Shown here: one piece after another, positions 49,827 to 58,890 of the stretch
Layout: each line of letters begins with the position of its first letter
How positions within the stretch are numbered: the first letter of the stretch is position 1
Assembly: GCA_964491115.1 (NCBI GenBank)
Contig: CAZBEW010000003.1
Span: 23,026 to 87,025 of the forward strand
Origin: an uncultured Pseudomonadales bacterium
GTDB lineage: Bacteria; Patescibacteriota; Microgenomatia; UBA1400; PJMF01
Reading direction: 5' to 3'
Length of the DNA stretch: 64,000 nucleotides
Notes under the pieces: model-generated
The model's database searches: none
Seen by the model: the letters and a program-made list of their open reading frames with translations, nothing else
What the model was told of the DNA's origin: nothing
Program-made: the position numbers and the translations under genes

Positions 49827-52800
49827 TTAATTTACTATTAGCACAAGATTTTTAAATACTGTTTCAGACCCAACTTGGTGAACTACATTTTTTCCCCACC
49901 ACGGGTCGTAGGCAGTGACGGTGCCGGGGGTTTCAACACAAACAATAACGTAATAATGGCCAAAGCCTTTAGTGTCTGTGTGTGCTAGCAAAAGATTACC
50001 TTGTGCTAAATAATTACTAATTTCGTTAGTAATCTCAGTTGGAGAACCTGTTGGAGTTGCCACCCAGGTGGCAGTTACACCATTGCTGTTGAGAGTATCA
50101 ATTAAGTCACTAAGGTAACTACCAGCACATGTTGTTTTACCGCAACCTAGATAGCCCTCTCTAATAGACATTTGCTCAGGATCTTCATTTAAAATCATTG
50201 CGATGCTTGTTGGGCCACAAGCAACATCACCAAACCAACATCCACCGCAAATCCTAATATGACTCATGCTTTTCTGATCATAATAAGTTAGATTTCCCAC
50301 ATTTGTCCCATTACAATAAACGGTTTCTCCGCCACCGCCACCACCATCAGTGGGGAAATGGGTTAAAAAAGCACTATTTATTGTAGTTTGGTAAAAAAGA
50401 GTTCCGCCAGCTACCAAACCAAAGGCTGTGATAACAGCTTGGCCGGCAGTGGCCATAACGCCTTTGCCTAGAGCCGTTGCTGACGATAAACCGCCAGCAC
50501 TTAGCGCTTTAGCTCGAACACTAATTGGGCCTTGAGCTTCAGCACCCAAGGTGTCTGGTGCTGAGGCAGCTACGCCTTTTCCTCTTCCAAGCAGAGAGTT
50601 AATGATTGATGCGGAGGCGTTAGTAGCTTGTGAGAACAAACTATTTTGAGTTGAAACCGCACCCGCTCCTTTTGCTCCGCCACCCAAGCCAAAAAAATTA
50701 AGAGCCTTTATGGTTAAAGCTATTAAGGCGCCGAAAGCAGCCACTGTTGCAGCCAATATTAGTTTTAATAGAGGTTCTACTATTTTTCTAATTCTTCCCC
50801 AAGCCTCTTGCTCTATCATTTGCTTTATTGGCTCAGGTAGACTTTCAAAAGCACCGGCTGTGGCGTAATTAAGTCCAGCCCTAACAGCCTTTTGGCCAAC
50901 AAAATCCATCGCTTTATTACCAATATTTTTAACAGCGGTAAAACCATCTTGGAGACTATTCTCGATCCCTCCCTCATCATTTAATGATCTGTACAGCGGA
51001 TATTCATTGTTTTCATAATCTCCAAAAGCTTGATTGTAATTGATTGCGCCCAAGTCATAAGGGGAAAATTGTGTCAAAGTGTTGGCTTGTAGGACCATAT
51101 TGCCCGTGGTGTATTTTTCTCCAGGCAAATAATAATGTAAGGTAACAATTTGTGCTTGAGGACCAGAATCATTAATTACGTCCAAAAAGCTTTGCCGATA
51201 CACTGTTGTTAGCTTGTTTAAGTTGTCAATTTCCTCGCTACTAAAGCGAGAAAAGTCTATTTGATCTTGAGAGAAACCAGCTATTTTTTTGCTAACAACC
51301 TCCGCATCAATGAGGTTATAACTTGCTTGGTGTTTTATTTGTTGAAAATAAATGTTTTGTTTTTGTAAAATTTGTTTATCTTTTTTTGAAAGATTTTTAC
51401 GAGCTTTATCTTTTGAATCAAACTTGCTTGGTTCAACACTGTCGAACTCATCCCAGATTTGTTCAAGATCTTCTGGAGTGTAAATTTCATTATCAATACC
51501 CTGGTGAATGTTATGACTCCATTCAGCCCGCTGCGTTTTCCAGTAACAAGTGAGCAGGTCTTTAATAACACGCTCATTGGCAACAAAAGTGTTCTCTCCA
51601 ATAATATCTCGGCCAAAATGTGCTTGAAATCGTGTCCAATTAAGATTTTCTATATATTCAACCGGATAATTTTGTTGAATAAATACATCGATAACTGGCA
51701 AAATGTTGTCTTCAACCAAGAAAGCTTTATCAACAGCGCTTTTATCATTAGCAATAATTTTGGTCCATTCACCTAAAAAATTGTTTTTGGTAACTCTGGT
51801 AAAACTGGCACCGATATTTGCTAAAAAGTCTTGATTAAGGTCTTTTTTTTCATCAATTGCGGCAAAAAACGCTTCAGCCTCTTCAGTGGATAATTCTTCC
51901 AACTGTTCTTTTAAATCTTCAGGAACATTTTCGCCATTAACACTGAATTTTGCATCAAGTAGTTTTTGTCTAAATTTTTGTTCCTCGTTTGCGATTAACT
52001 GCTTTTTTAGCTCTAAAGGATCTTGCCCACTCTGAGTTAATCGACCAAGTTCTCGGGCAAATATTTCGCCACCCCTAATATCGGTCATGACTTTCAGAGC
52101 AACTTCTTTAGAGAAGCTGATGCGCATCGACGGAGTGCTAATTAATTTTTCTAAATTATATTGACCACCTATTAGCAAGCTTTCAATTTTAGAAAAAGTA
52201 ATACCCAATAATTGTTGTCTACTTTCTAAAGATAGTTGATTAAAGTTGGGAATTTGTTCAAAGCCCATGTTCATTAGTTGCTCTTTAGTTAAATTAGCAA
52301 ATTGAAAAATTAGGGCTTGGTTAACTGAAACAATAGCCAAAGAGCGAATATACAGTTTCGAATTGTCGTCAAGACGAGCCAAGTTAAATTCTTTAGAAAA
52401 ATTTTCTGGTAGTCTTTGTTGATGGTCTTCTTCGGCACCACCAGTGTCTGATTCATCTTCTGCTTGGGTTTCTGTTGATTTACTAAGCAGGCCAGGCGCT
52501 GTCGCTGGGGCTTTACTTTCTTCTTGGTCTGGTTCCTTTTCTGGCTCTTTATCTTCTACTTTTTCTTCTTCAGCAATGATGTCCAAGAGTGTTTGGCCAA
52601 TCTCGTTGCTAATCTTTTGCCAATAATCAGAACTATCTTCAAGTTTTTTTAATTCTGACAAAGCTATCTGGTCAGTACTTATTTTTGATGCTAAGCCTAT
52701 TCGCCTAAAATAATCGTTGCCGAGTTTAGCCAAAGTCTGTTTGTTATTTTGCTTAAGATATTTGGAGAGTGGAAGCGTGCTTTGCTCAAGAAAAGCTAAT

Positions 52801-53153
52801 ACATCACTGGCAAATATATTGTTTTCTAAGATTTCGTTTTCTTGTTTTTTTAATTTGTCAATTTCTTTTTCTTTTTCTTCTGGAGGAAGCGATTGATCTT
52901 GACCAACTCTAGCTATAAGAGCGAGATACTTTTCAACCTCATCACTTTTTATTAATTTAAAAGTTTTCCCAGCAAAACCCCGGACTGAAAAGGGCAGATT
53001 AAAACTCTTCTTAAATTGTTGGGGCAAATCTTGATCAAAAAAATCAGCACAAAAGGTAATAATTTCTTTTAATTCCGCTAGCTCAAGACTATCTTGACTA
53101 GCAAGCTCTTTTAGAGGAATTAAAAACCTATCGCTATTAGTTCGATCCGCCAT
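49827..53153 (-). CDS. 1108-aa membrane protein: about 780-aa N-domain, TM/Gly-Ala-rich segment, C-terminal papain-fold C39-like cysteine peptidase domain (candidate T4SS cell-wall hydrolase, VirB1/PrgK analogue)
   Basis: 'ACGPTSIAMILNE' (catalytic Cys context of Peptidase_C39_2) and 'GHYYVIVCVETPGTVTAYDPWWG' (His/Asp); 'LLKLILAATVAAFGALIALTIKAL' TM; poly-Gly 'TDGGGGGGE'. Confidence 0.5.
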   Translation of the reverse strand: MADRTNSDRFLIPLKELASQDSLELAELKEIITFCADFFDQDLPQQFKKSFNLPFSVRGFAGKTFKLIKSDEVEKYLALIARVGQDQSLPPEEKEKEIDKLKKQENEILENNIFASDVLAFLEQSTLPLSKYLKQNNKQTLAKLGNDYFRRIGLASKISTDQIALSELKKLEDSSDYWQKISNEIGQTLLDIIAEEEKVEDKEPEKEPDQEESKAPATAPGLLSKSTETQAEDESDTGGAEEDHQQRLPENFSKEFNLARLDDNSKLYIRSLAIVSVNQALIFQFANLTKEQLMNMGFEQIPNFNQLSLESRQQLLGITFSKIESLLIGGQYNLEKLISTPSMRISFSKEVALKVMTDIRGGEIFARELGRLTQSGQDPLELKKQLIANEEQKFRQKLLDAKFSVNGENVPEDLKEQLEELSTEEAEAFFAAIDEKKDLNQDFLANIGASFTRVTKNNFLGEWTKIIANDKSAVDKAFLVEDNILPVIDVFIQQNYPVEYIENLNWTRFQAHFGRDIIGENTFVANERVIKDLLTCYWKTQRAEWSHNIHQGIDNEIYTPEDLEQIWDEFDSVEPSKFDSKDKARKNLSKKDKQILQKQNIYFQQIKHQASYNLIDAEVVSKKIAGFSQDQIDFSRFSSEEIDNLNKLTTVYRQSFLDVINDSGPQAQIVTLHYYLPGEKYTTGNMVLQANTLTQFSPYDLGAINYNQAFGDYENNEYPLYRSLNDEGGIENSLQDGFTAVKNIGNKAMDFVGQKAVRAGLNYATAGAFESLPEPIKQMIEQEAWGRIRKIVEPLLKLILAATVAAFGALIALTIKALNFFGLGGGAKGAGAVSTQNSLFSQATNASASIINSLLGRGKGVAASAPDTLGAEAQGPISVRAKALSAGGLSSATALGKGVMATAGQAVITAFGLVAGGTLFYQTTINSAFLTHFPTDGGGGGGETVYCNGTNVGNLTYYDQKSMSHIRICGGCWFGDVACGPTSIAMILNEDPEQMSIREGYLGCGKTTCAGSYLSDLIDTLNSNGVTATWVATPTGSPTEITNEISNYLAQGNLLLAHTDTKGFGHYYVIVCVETPGTVTAYDPWWGKNVVHQVGSETVFKNLVLIVN

Positions 53154-53223
53154 GACTTTATTATAGACAGAAATTTAATGCGTGACTAGGCAAAAAAATT
53201 GAAAAATAGTATAATAACTAATT

Positions 53224-55815
53224 ATGAGCGCAAATCCAAATATTGTTGGAGGCTTTTCTCCAGAGCGGGGCTTTTTTAACCAAGCGGACACTGGGATGGG
53301 TGGTGGTGCAGGTAGTGGCAAGGATGATGAGCCAGTTGCTAAAAATCCTGATCAAGAGTCCGGTCAGGAACCCACTGATAAAAAACCAGATATTGCGAGT
53401 CAATTAAGCGTTAATTTAGGCCAAATTGAATCTTTCATTCGTGGCAAGGAGCCTAAGCCTGGTCAGGCTAGAGATTTGGTGAAAGAATCTCTGAAACTAA
53501 TAGAGGACTACGAACCAAGCTCTGAGGATGAAAAGGCCGACATACTTTTCTTTATTGATAAGTTAATATTGAGGGCAAAAGCTCTTTACCCACCCGAATT
53601 GAAGACAGAAGCTATTAACCTTAAATCAAAATTAGAAGTTTCTTACTATGGTGAAGAAAGTATAAAGAAATCAAATGTGAGTTCAGCAAAACAAGATAAG
53701 CTGAGTCCTTCTAAAATTAAAGAAAGCGATTCTGAAGGTGATGAACAAAGTGAAGATGATCGAATTGAAGACCTTACTCAGTTACTGATGAATTTTGATG
53801 ACGAGTTAAAAATTCTAGAAGACCAGTCTTTTGTTTTTGCAGATGATCGAGATTGGGTGAGCGAATCTTTTGAAGAGATAAATGGCCATCTTGCCACATT
53901 GAAAGGATCAAATAATGTTGATAAGGAAGTAATAAAAACTAAAGAGATTTTGTTGTTGCAACTTGAGTATAAAAAAAGAAGAGAGGCGATGTTTAAAACA
54001 CTCACCGAAATGGAAGGGAGTCAGTCGTTAACTGAAGGTTTTTTTGCTAGAGCTATTGAGGGTCCGGGTTTGACTAGAATGAATAATATTGTGTCTAGAT
54101 TAAAACTGTTAGCGGGTGGGGCAGAAAACATAAAGTATCAAGAAGATTTAGAAAAAATCAACAAGCATTATTTGGCAAGGAAGTGGTTGCTTCTTACTTG
54201 GTTGTATGTTAATCCTAAGATATATGAGGGTTCGGGTGCAGAGGGAGCAAGAACCTCTTTTGGACAAGTTGGTGACAATCAATTTCCAATTAAGGGTAAA
54301 GACTTCCAGGAACTTATACTTGGCGGATTAGATTTTAACCCTGAGTTTGGAGGTTTGTTGAATCAGAAACTAGGTGTTGAGTCAGTTCAGCTTGGCGAAA
54401 ATGAAAAGAAAGATATCGAGGTAACTTTATTTACCTTTTGTATGCGGGAGTTTGATAGAATCTACAAAGATAAAGATGGGACGGGTAGTACTGATCCTGA
54501 AGATAAAAATAAAACTATTACTAAAATTACAACGCAAAACTTAAGAGAAAATAACGGCCCCCTAATTGATTATGTTTGGAAAAAGGCAAAACAATATAAG
54601 AAAGAACACGATGGCGATTTTGCTAATCAGACTGGAGTTGAAATAGACAAACATGCGGTTGACATGGCTTTTAGAACTCATTTAATTTTAACCATGCATC
54701 ATTGTCGTTATGCTAGTGGGAGTCCTAGTTTGAGAGATGATTGGTACTATGCCTTTAATTGGCCTAAATATGTTCTTAGTTATCGTGAAAAAGGAGTTGA
54801 TAAATTTGATTGGTTGGTTACGATGTTGCAGTTTGGACTCAGGCCTGGTTTTAATGGTGATCAAGTGTCTGATAAAAATCTTCTTGCTCTGTTATTTGAT
54901 GCTTCTGCGGTTCGAAAAGCTAAAAGAAAACTAGAAGCTAGAGGGATGTTAAATGAAGGAGACAGGGGTTTGAGGTCATTAAGGGGCTTAATAAATGGAT
55001 ATGCAATTAGCTTGCCAGATGTATCTCCTCAAGTAACTCAAGCGACTGAAGATGCTCCAGACTCCGATAAAAAACCAGATAAACAGCCAGAGTACTCGTT
55101 TCTCGCACCCCCACTTAGGTATCTAAGGCAAAAAGGCGAAGACGGAAAGTTTGTTACTCATCCTGCTCCTGAAGGATCAAATGGATTGCATGTTTTTTTG
55201 GATGAAATTAGAGATGAAAAAGGTGATTTGCTCTATGAGGAATTTAATTATGAACAACTGGGCAATGATTTAATGGATTATTACAACAATATGAATGCGC
55301 ACGGTATTGATAATTTTTTAAACAAATTTATAAAAACAGAGCGTTTTGAATTTATGGAAAACGCCACAAGTCCTAAGGTTTTAAAAAATTGGAAGAATGA
55401 GGCTAGATATTGCGCAACACTTCTGCCTAGGGTTGGAAAGTTTGCGCTAATGAATATGAAAGACTCTGGAGATCCAGTAAAACTAAACCCTAGTAGGTAT
55501 CCTACTGAAGAATCTAAAAAAGGAGCGCGGAAATCAAGTGTTGCTGAAGCGGTTATGGATAGAATTTTATACCAAATTGTTTTTATCAATTGTATGCTTC
55601 GTACCGATTATACTGTTGATGATAAATATTTTTGGTCAGACGTTGAGGTGAGAAAGTATTTATCCGATCTTAGTAGTGAACAAATTTTAACCACTCAAGA
55701 AGCTGATGCAATTTATGAAGTGGTTATTGCTTATCGCGGTCAAGTAAAAATATTTGTTGAGGGAGTTAGAAAAGAAACAGCCAAACAGATTGTGCACTCA
55801 AACCTTTTTAAGTAA
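53224..55815 (+). CDS. Hypothetical 863-aa soluble acidic protein, opposite strand inside the T4SS-like locus
   Basis: ORF only; N-terminal Gly-rich 'GMGGGAGSGKDDEP'. Confidence 0.35.
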   Translation: MSANPNIVGGFSPERGFFNQADTGMGGGAGSGKDDEPVAKNPDQESGQEPTDKKPDIASQLSVNLGQIESFIRGKEPKPGQARDLVKESLKLIEDYEPSSEDEKADILFFIDKLILRAKALYPPELKTEAINLKSKLEVSYYGEESIKKSNVSSAKQDKLSPSKIKESDSEGDEQSEDDRIEDLTQLLMNFDDELKILEDQSFVFADDRDWVSESFEEINGHLATLKGSNNVDKEVIKTKEILLLQLEYKKRREAMFKTLTEMEGSQSLTEGFFARAIEGPGLTRMNNIVSRLKLLAGGAENIKYQEDLEKINKHYLARKWLLLTWLYVNPKIYEGSGAEGARTSFGQVGDNQFPIKGKDFQELILGGLDFNPEFGGLLNQKLGVESVQLGENEKKDIEVTLFTFCMREFDRIYKDKDGTGSTDPEDKNKTITKITTQNLRENNGPLIDYVWKKAKQYKKEHDGDFANQTGVEIDKHAVDMAFRTHLILTMHHCRYASGSPSLRDDWYYAFNWPKYVLSYREKGVDKFDWLVTMLQFGLRPGFNGDQVSDKNLLALLFDASAVRKAKRKLEARGMLNEGDRGLRSLRGLINGYAISLPDVSPQVTQATEDAPDSDKKPDKQPEYSFLAPPLRYLRQKGEDGKFVTHPAPEGSNGLHVFLDEIRDEKGDLLYEEFNYEQLGNDLMDYYNNMNAHGIDNFLNKFIKTERFEFMENATSPKVLKNWKNEARYCATLLPRVGKFALMNMKDSGDPVKLNPSRYPTEESKKGARKSSVAEAVMDRILYQIVFINCMLRTDYTVDDKYFWSDVEVRKYLSDLSSEQILTTQEADAIYEVVIAYRGQVKIFVEGVRKETAKQIVHSNLFK

Positions 55816-55849
55816 TTTAAAGTGTCAGGTTTTTTTGGATATTTGTGTT

Positions 55850-55975
55850 GCGCTAATTTATTCGCCTACTACTTGATCTGCTACCTCTTTCGCTTCTGCA
55901 GTTTCTGGTATGGAACTAGGCAAACCCTGTTCACCTGTTTCTGGCTTTGTGCTTAATGAGTCACTTATTGCACTT
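55850..55975. repeat. Direct repeat copy A (about 88 percent identical to 56138-56263)
   Basis: 'gcgctaatttattcgcctactacttgatctgctacctctttc...gcagtttctggtatggaactaggca' present at both positions. Confidence 0.8.
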
Positions 55976-56106
55976 GCTGCAGCACTCGTACTTTGGTTGT
56001 CTTTACGTATTTCTTTTTGTCTTTGACTGTCTTGAAGAGCACCAATAAGTTTTATATTTAAAGAGTCGCTTAATTGACCTAAAAAAATATCTTTAATTTT
56101 TGTCAT
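55858..56106 (-). CDS. 82-aa protein whose C-terminal 38 aa duplicate the C-terminus of the downstream VirB6-like protein
   Basis: 'SDSLSTKPETGEQGLPSSIPETAEAKEVADQVVGE' vs 'RDALSTSPEANEQVMPSSIPETAGGKEVADQVVGE'; about 125-nt direct repeat. Confidence 0.35.
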   Translation of the reverse strand: MTKIKDIFLGQLSDSLNIKLIGALQDSQRQKEIRKDNQSTSAAASAISDSLSTKPETGEQGLPSSIPETAEAKEVADQVVGE

Positions 56107-56137
56107 ATCAAAACAATTTTCTGTATAAAATTAACCA

Positions 56138-56263
56138 GCGCTAATTTATTCGCCTACTACTTGATCTGCTACCTCTTTCCCTCCTGCAGTTTCTGGTATG
56201 GAACTAGGCATAACCTGTTCATTTGCTTCTGGACTTGTGCTCAATGCGTCTCTTATCGCTTCT
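56138..56263. repeat. Direct repeat copy B (3' end of the VirB6-like gene and its stop-proximal flank)
   Basis: See copy A. Confidence 0.8.
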
Positions 56264-57885
56264 TCTGCAGCACCTCCTCTTTGACTTGCTTGAGCTATTT
56301 CTTTAGCCTTTTTACGAGTTGCATATGCTTCTGTTGCTCTTGTGCTTAGTCCTTGTTGAGCCTGTTGAATACCCGTGTTAATAGTGCCTGTTACTAATTT
56401 GGGAACGTTAGCAATTACGGTTGGAGCTGCAACACCAAAAGCTCCACCCTTAATTGCTCCTTCACCAGCTGCTTTTAATCTATCTTGAAAAGACGCTCCT
56501 TCACCAGCTCTAGCAAAACCTACACCAGCTCCTGCCAAGCCACCAAGAGCCCCTGTTCCTGCCGACACTCCTGCTCCCACCATGAATTTACCTCCTTTAT
56601 TCCAACCTTCTTGCAACTGCTTCATTGCCGCTCCAGCTAAATTGCCCATGATTCCCTCTGATAGTCCCAACATTTTCTTTACCTCTTTCATAATTTCTGG
56701 AATTATTAGTAATATGCCGATACCTACTAAAACTGGAAAAACTGCACCTTGACCAGATCCTAGTAAATAGGGTGGCATAAATCCGCCCGATGAGCCACCT
56801 TCATAATAAGTAGAACTGGTTAACATTCTATTAACTAAAAGACATATTAGAATTATGGGCCACATAATTAAATTACCAGTCAAATTTTTTAACCAAGATA
56901 CAAAGGTGTTTTGGCCAGGAATAGCGCCAACCATTAAAATTACTGGAGCAAAGACTACTTGTAAAATAATTGAGACATATGATTTTAATAGCTCTAAAAA
57001 GATTTTAAAAACACTAAATAAGATTGCTAATCCTACAATCATTGATGCTGACAATGAAGAAAATAAGACTAAGGCATCTGCAACAAAACCTTCTCCTAAC
57101 AAGTTTTCCATCAAAGCTGTCACAGCTTGCCTAACGTCAGGCCCAAAGCTCCTAAACATGCTTCCCACTAAAGTAAAAATACTACCTGAAATTAAGTCTT
57201 GTTGACCATCAAACAGTGAAGTTAATAAGTATAACAAAAGATACATTATATCAATCATAAATCCGGCAATGGCATAGGAAAAGGTAACTGCTAATAGGGC
57301 AACAATGATGTTGGGAATGGCCTGTTGCACGGTAATGGCTACTTGGCCAATTTTAGCTCGAAACATAATCATAAAGCCAATCACTAAAAAAATGACCACA
57401 AAAAACAGATAAGCTATATTACGAAACTGCTTCCAGGTTTCAAGGATTGGATCTAATGAGGCAAAACCTAGGCCTTGTGCTTGTGCTTCTGGAATAATTT
57501 TAGCGTTTTGTAGTAAATCAGCTAAGTAAACTTGAGAATTAATGGGAGAATCATACATGGCCACAATACTACTATTAACTGTGCCAATTAGCCCTGAACC
57601 AACACTTTGTTGCAACATGGCGCTTTCGCTAGATTCACTCTCTGTAGTGCCGAGAACATGAAGATTAATCACGTTCATTAAGTTTGAAGTTGTTTCTGTA
57701 ACGTGTTTTTCTCCACTTACACCTTCTTGAGTAATGCTAGTCTGCATGTTTTCACTAGCTTCTTTTGAGCGAAATTGAGCTCTAATCCAATCCCAGACGT
57801 TGGCTTGAGCGGGTTTAACAGCCACTGACCACGCCATTAGAAAGGTTAAAGCAAAGACTAACAAACGAGAAGCAGATTTTCTCAT
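56146..57885 (-). CDS. VirB6/TrbL-like polytopic membrane protein with signal peptide and Gly-rich C-terminal region
   Basis: Signal peptide 'LLVFALTFLMAWSVAVKPAQA'; at least 6 TM; Gly-rich 'GAGVSAGTGALGGLAGAGVGFARAGEG' as in TrbL. Confidence 0.45.
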   Translation of the reverse strand: MRKSASRLLVFALTFLMAWSVAVKPAQANVWDWIRAQFRSKEASENMQTSITQEGVSGEKHVTETTSNLMNVINLHVLGTTESESSESAMLQQSVGSGLIGTVNSSIVAMYDSPINSQVYLADLLQNAKIIPEAQAQGLGFASLDPILETWKQFRNIAYLFFVVIFLVIGFMIMFRAKIGQVAITVQQAIPNIIVALLAVTFSYAIAGFMIDIMYLLLYLLTSLFDGQQDLISGSIFTLVGSMFRSFGPDVRQAVTALMENLLGEGFVADALVLFSSLSASMIVGLAILFSVFKIFLELLKSYVSIILQVVFAPVILMVGAIPGQNTFVSWLKNLTGNLIMWPIILICLLVNRMLTSSTYYEGGSSGGFMPPYLLGSGQGAVFPVLVGIGILLIIPEIMKEVKKMLGLSEGIMGNLAGAAMKQLQEGWNKGGKFMVGAGVSAGTGALGGLAGAGVGFARAGEGASFQDRLKAAGEGAIKGGAFGVAAPTVIANVPKLVTGTINTGIQQAQQGLSTRATEAYATRKKAKEIAQASQRGGAAEEAIRDALSTSPEANEQVMPSSIPETAGGKEVADQVVGE

Positions 57886-57983
57886 ACTAGGTATATTCTA
57901 ATTGATAATTGTGTTTTGTGTAAAGTGAAGTTTATTATTTTAACTCTTGACAAGATATCGCAAAGTATTTAAAACTATCACAA

Positions 57984-58871
57984 GTGATCGATCAAAACCA
58001 AACAACGCGTCTACTTGAGTTTTTAGCTCTTAGTCCAAAGATTTTTTTATTATTTTCAAGCAGTCAACAGCTAGATATTTTTTTAACGACGCTTGCTTGT
58101 TATTTGTTTTTTCAAGACGTGGCTAATCTTAATCTCGAGCAGTATCCCTTAAAGGAGCCGTTGCTTTTTGGGCCAAAGAAAATTAAGCAAACACTCAATA
58201 GATATGCAGAATTATCCAATTATTTAGAAAGCCAAAAAATATTGTCTATTTGTCAACATGATTTGGGCAGAGAGAATTTATTAATCACTTTTCCTTATCA
58301 GCCGGAGCAAGTTGATCAAGTTTCTTCTCAAATTGGGGACAATGGTCAACGCTTTTATTTGAATATTAAACCTAAAAAAGGTCATTTGCCATTAAATTAT
58401 GAAGACGTTGAGTTTAGTTATGTTGGTGCGAGTGCTGATTTGCTGATTTTATTTGGAATTGATGATTTGTCAGATTTAAAAGATCTTTATTTCAAAAACA
58501 AAGAGCTTTATCAAAACACTCCTTTAATCAGTGTAAATAATTTTTTGCCAGATTTTGGCACGCTCAATTTAGATATCAGTGGAAGTAGTTGCTATGGAGA
58601 AGCGGTTTTTTATTTAATTAAAAATGTGGCTAGTTTAATGAACATCGAGCTAAATTCTCTAGAGAGTATTAAACAATTAGCCGCCTTATTGCTTGCAAGT
58701 ATTAGCTTAAAAACAAACAATTTTAGTCATCCAAAAATGACAACTAACAGTTTTTTGGCAGTGGCAGAACTTTTACAACTAGGGGCTCAGCGCTTAAATT
58801 TAGAACCATCGGCAAAAGCAGTAAAAGCCAAAAAAACAAAAAATACTAAAACAGAAGATCAGCTGGCTTAA
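57984..58871 (+). CDS. Hypothetical 295-aa protein (opposite strand within locus)
   Basis: ORF only. Confidence 0.35.
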   Translation: MIDQNQTTRLLEFLALSPKIFLLFSSSQQLDIFLTTLACYLFFQDVANLNLEQYPLKEPLLFGPKKIKQTLNRYAELSNYLESQKILSICQHDLGRENLLITFPYQPEQVDQVSSQIGDNGQRFYLNIKPKKGHLPLNYEDVEFSYVGASADLLILFGIDDLSDLKDLYFKNKELYQNTPLISVNNFLPDFGTLNLDISGSSCYGEAVFYLIKNVASLMNIELNSLESIKQLAALLLASISLKTNNFSHPKMTTNSFLAVAELLQLGAQRLNLEPSAKAVKAKKTKNTKTEDQLA

Positions 58872-58890
58872 AATTCTTAACTTAAAATTA

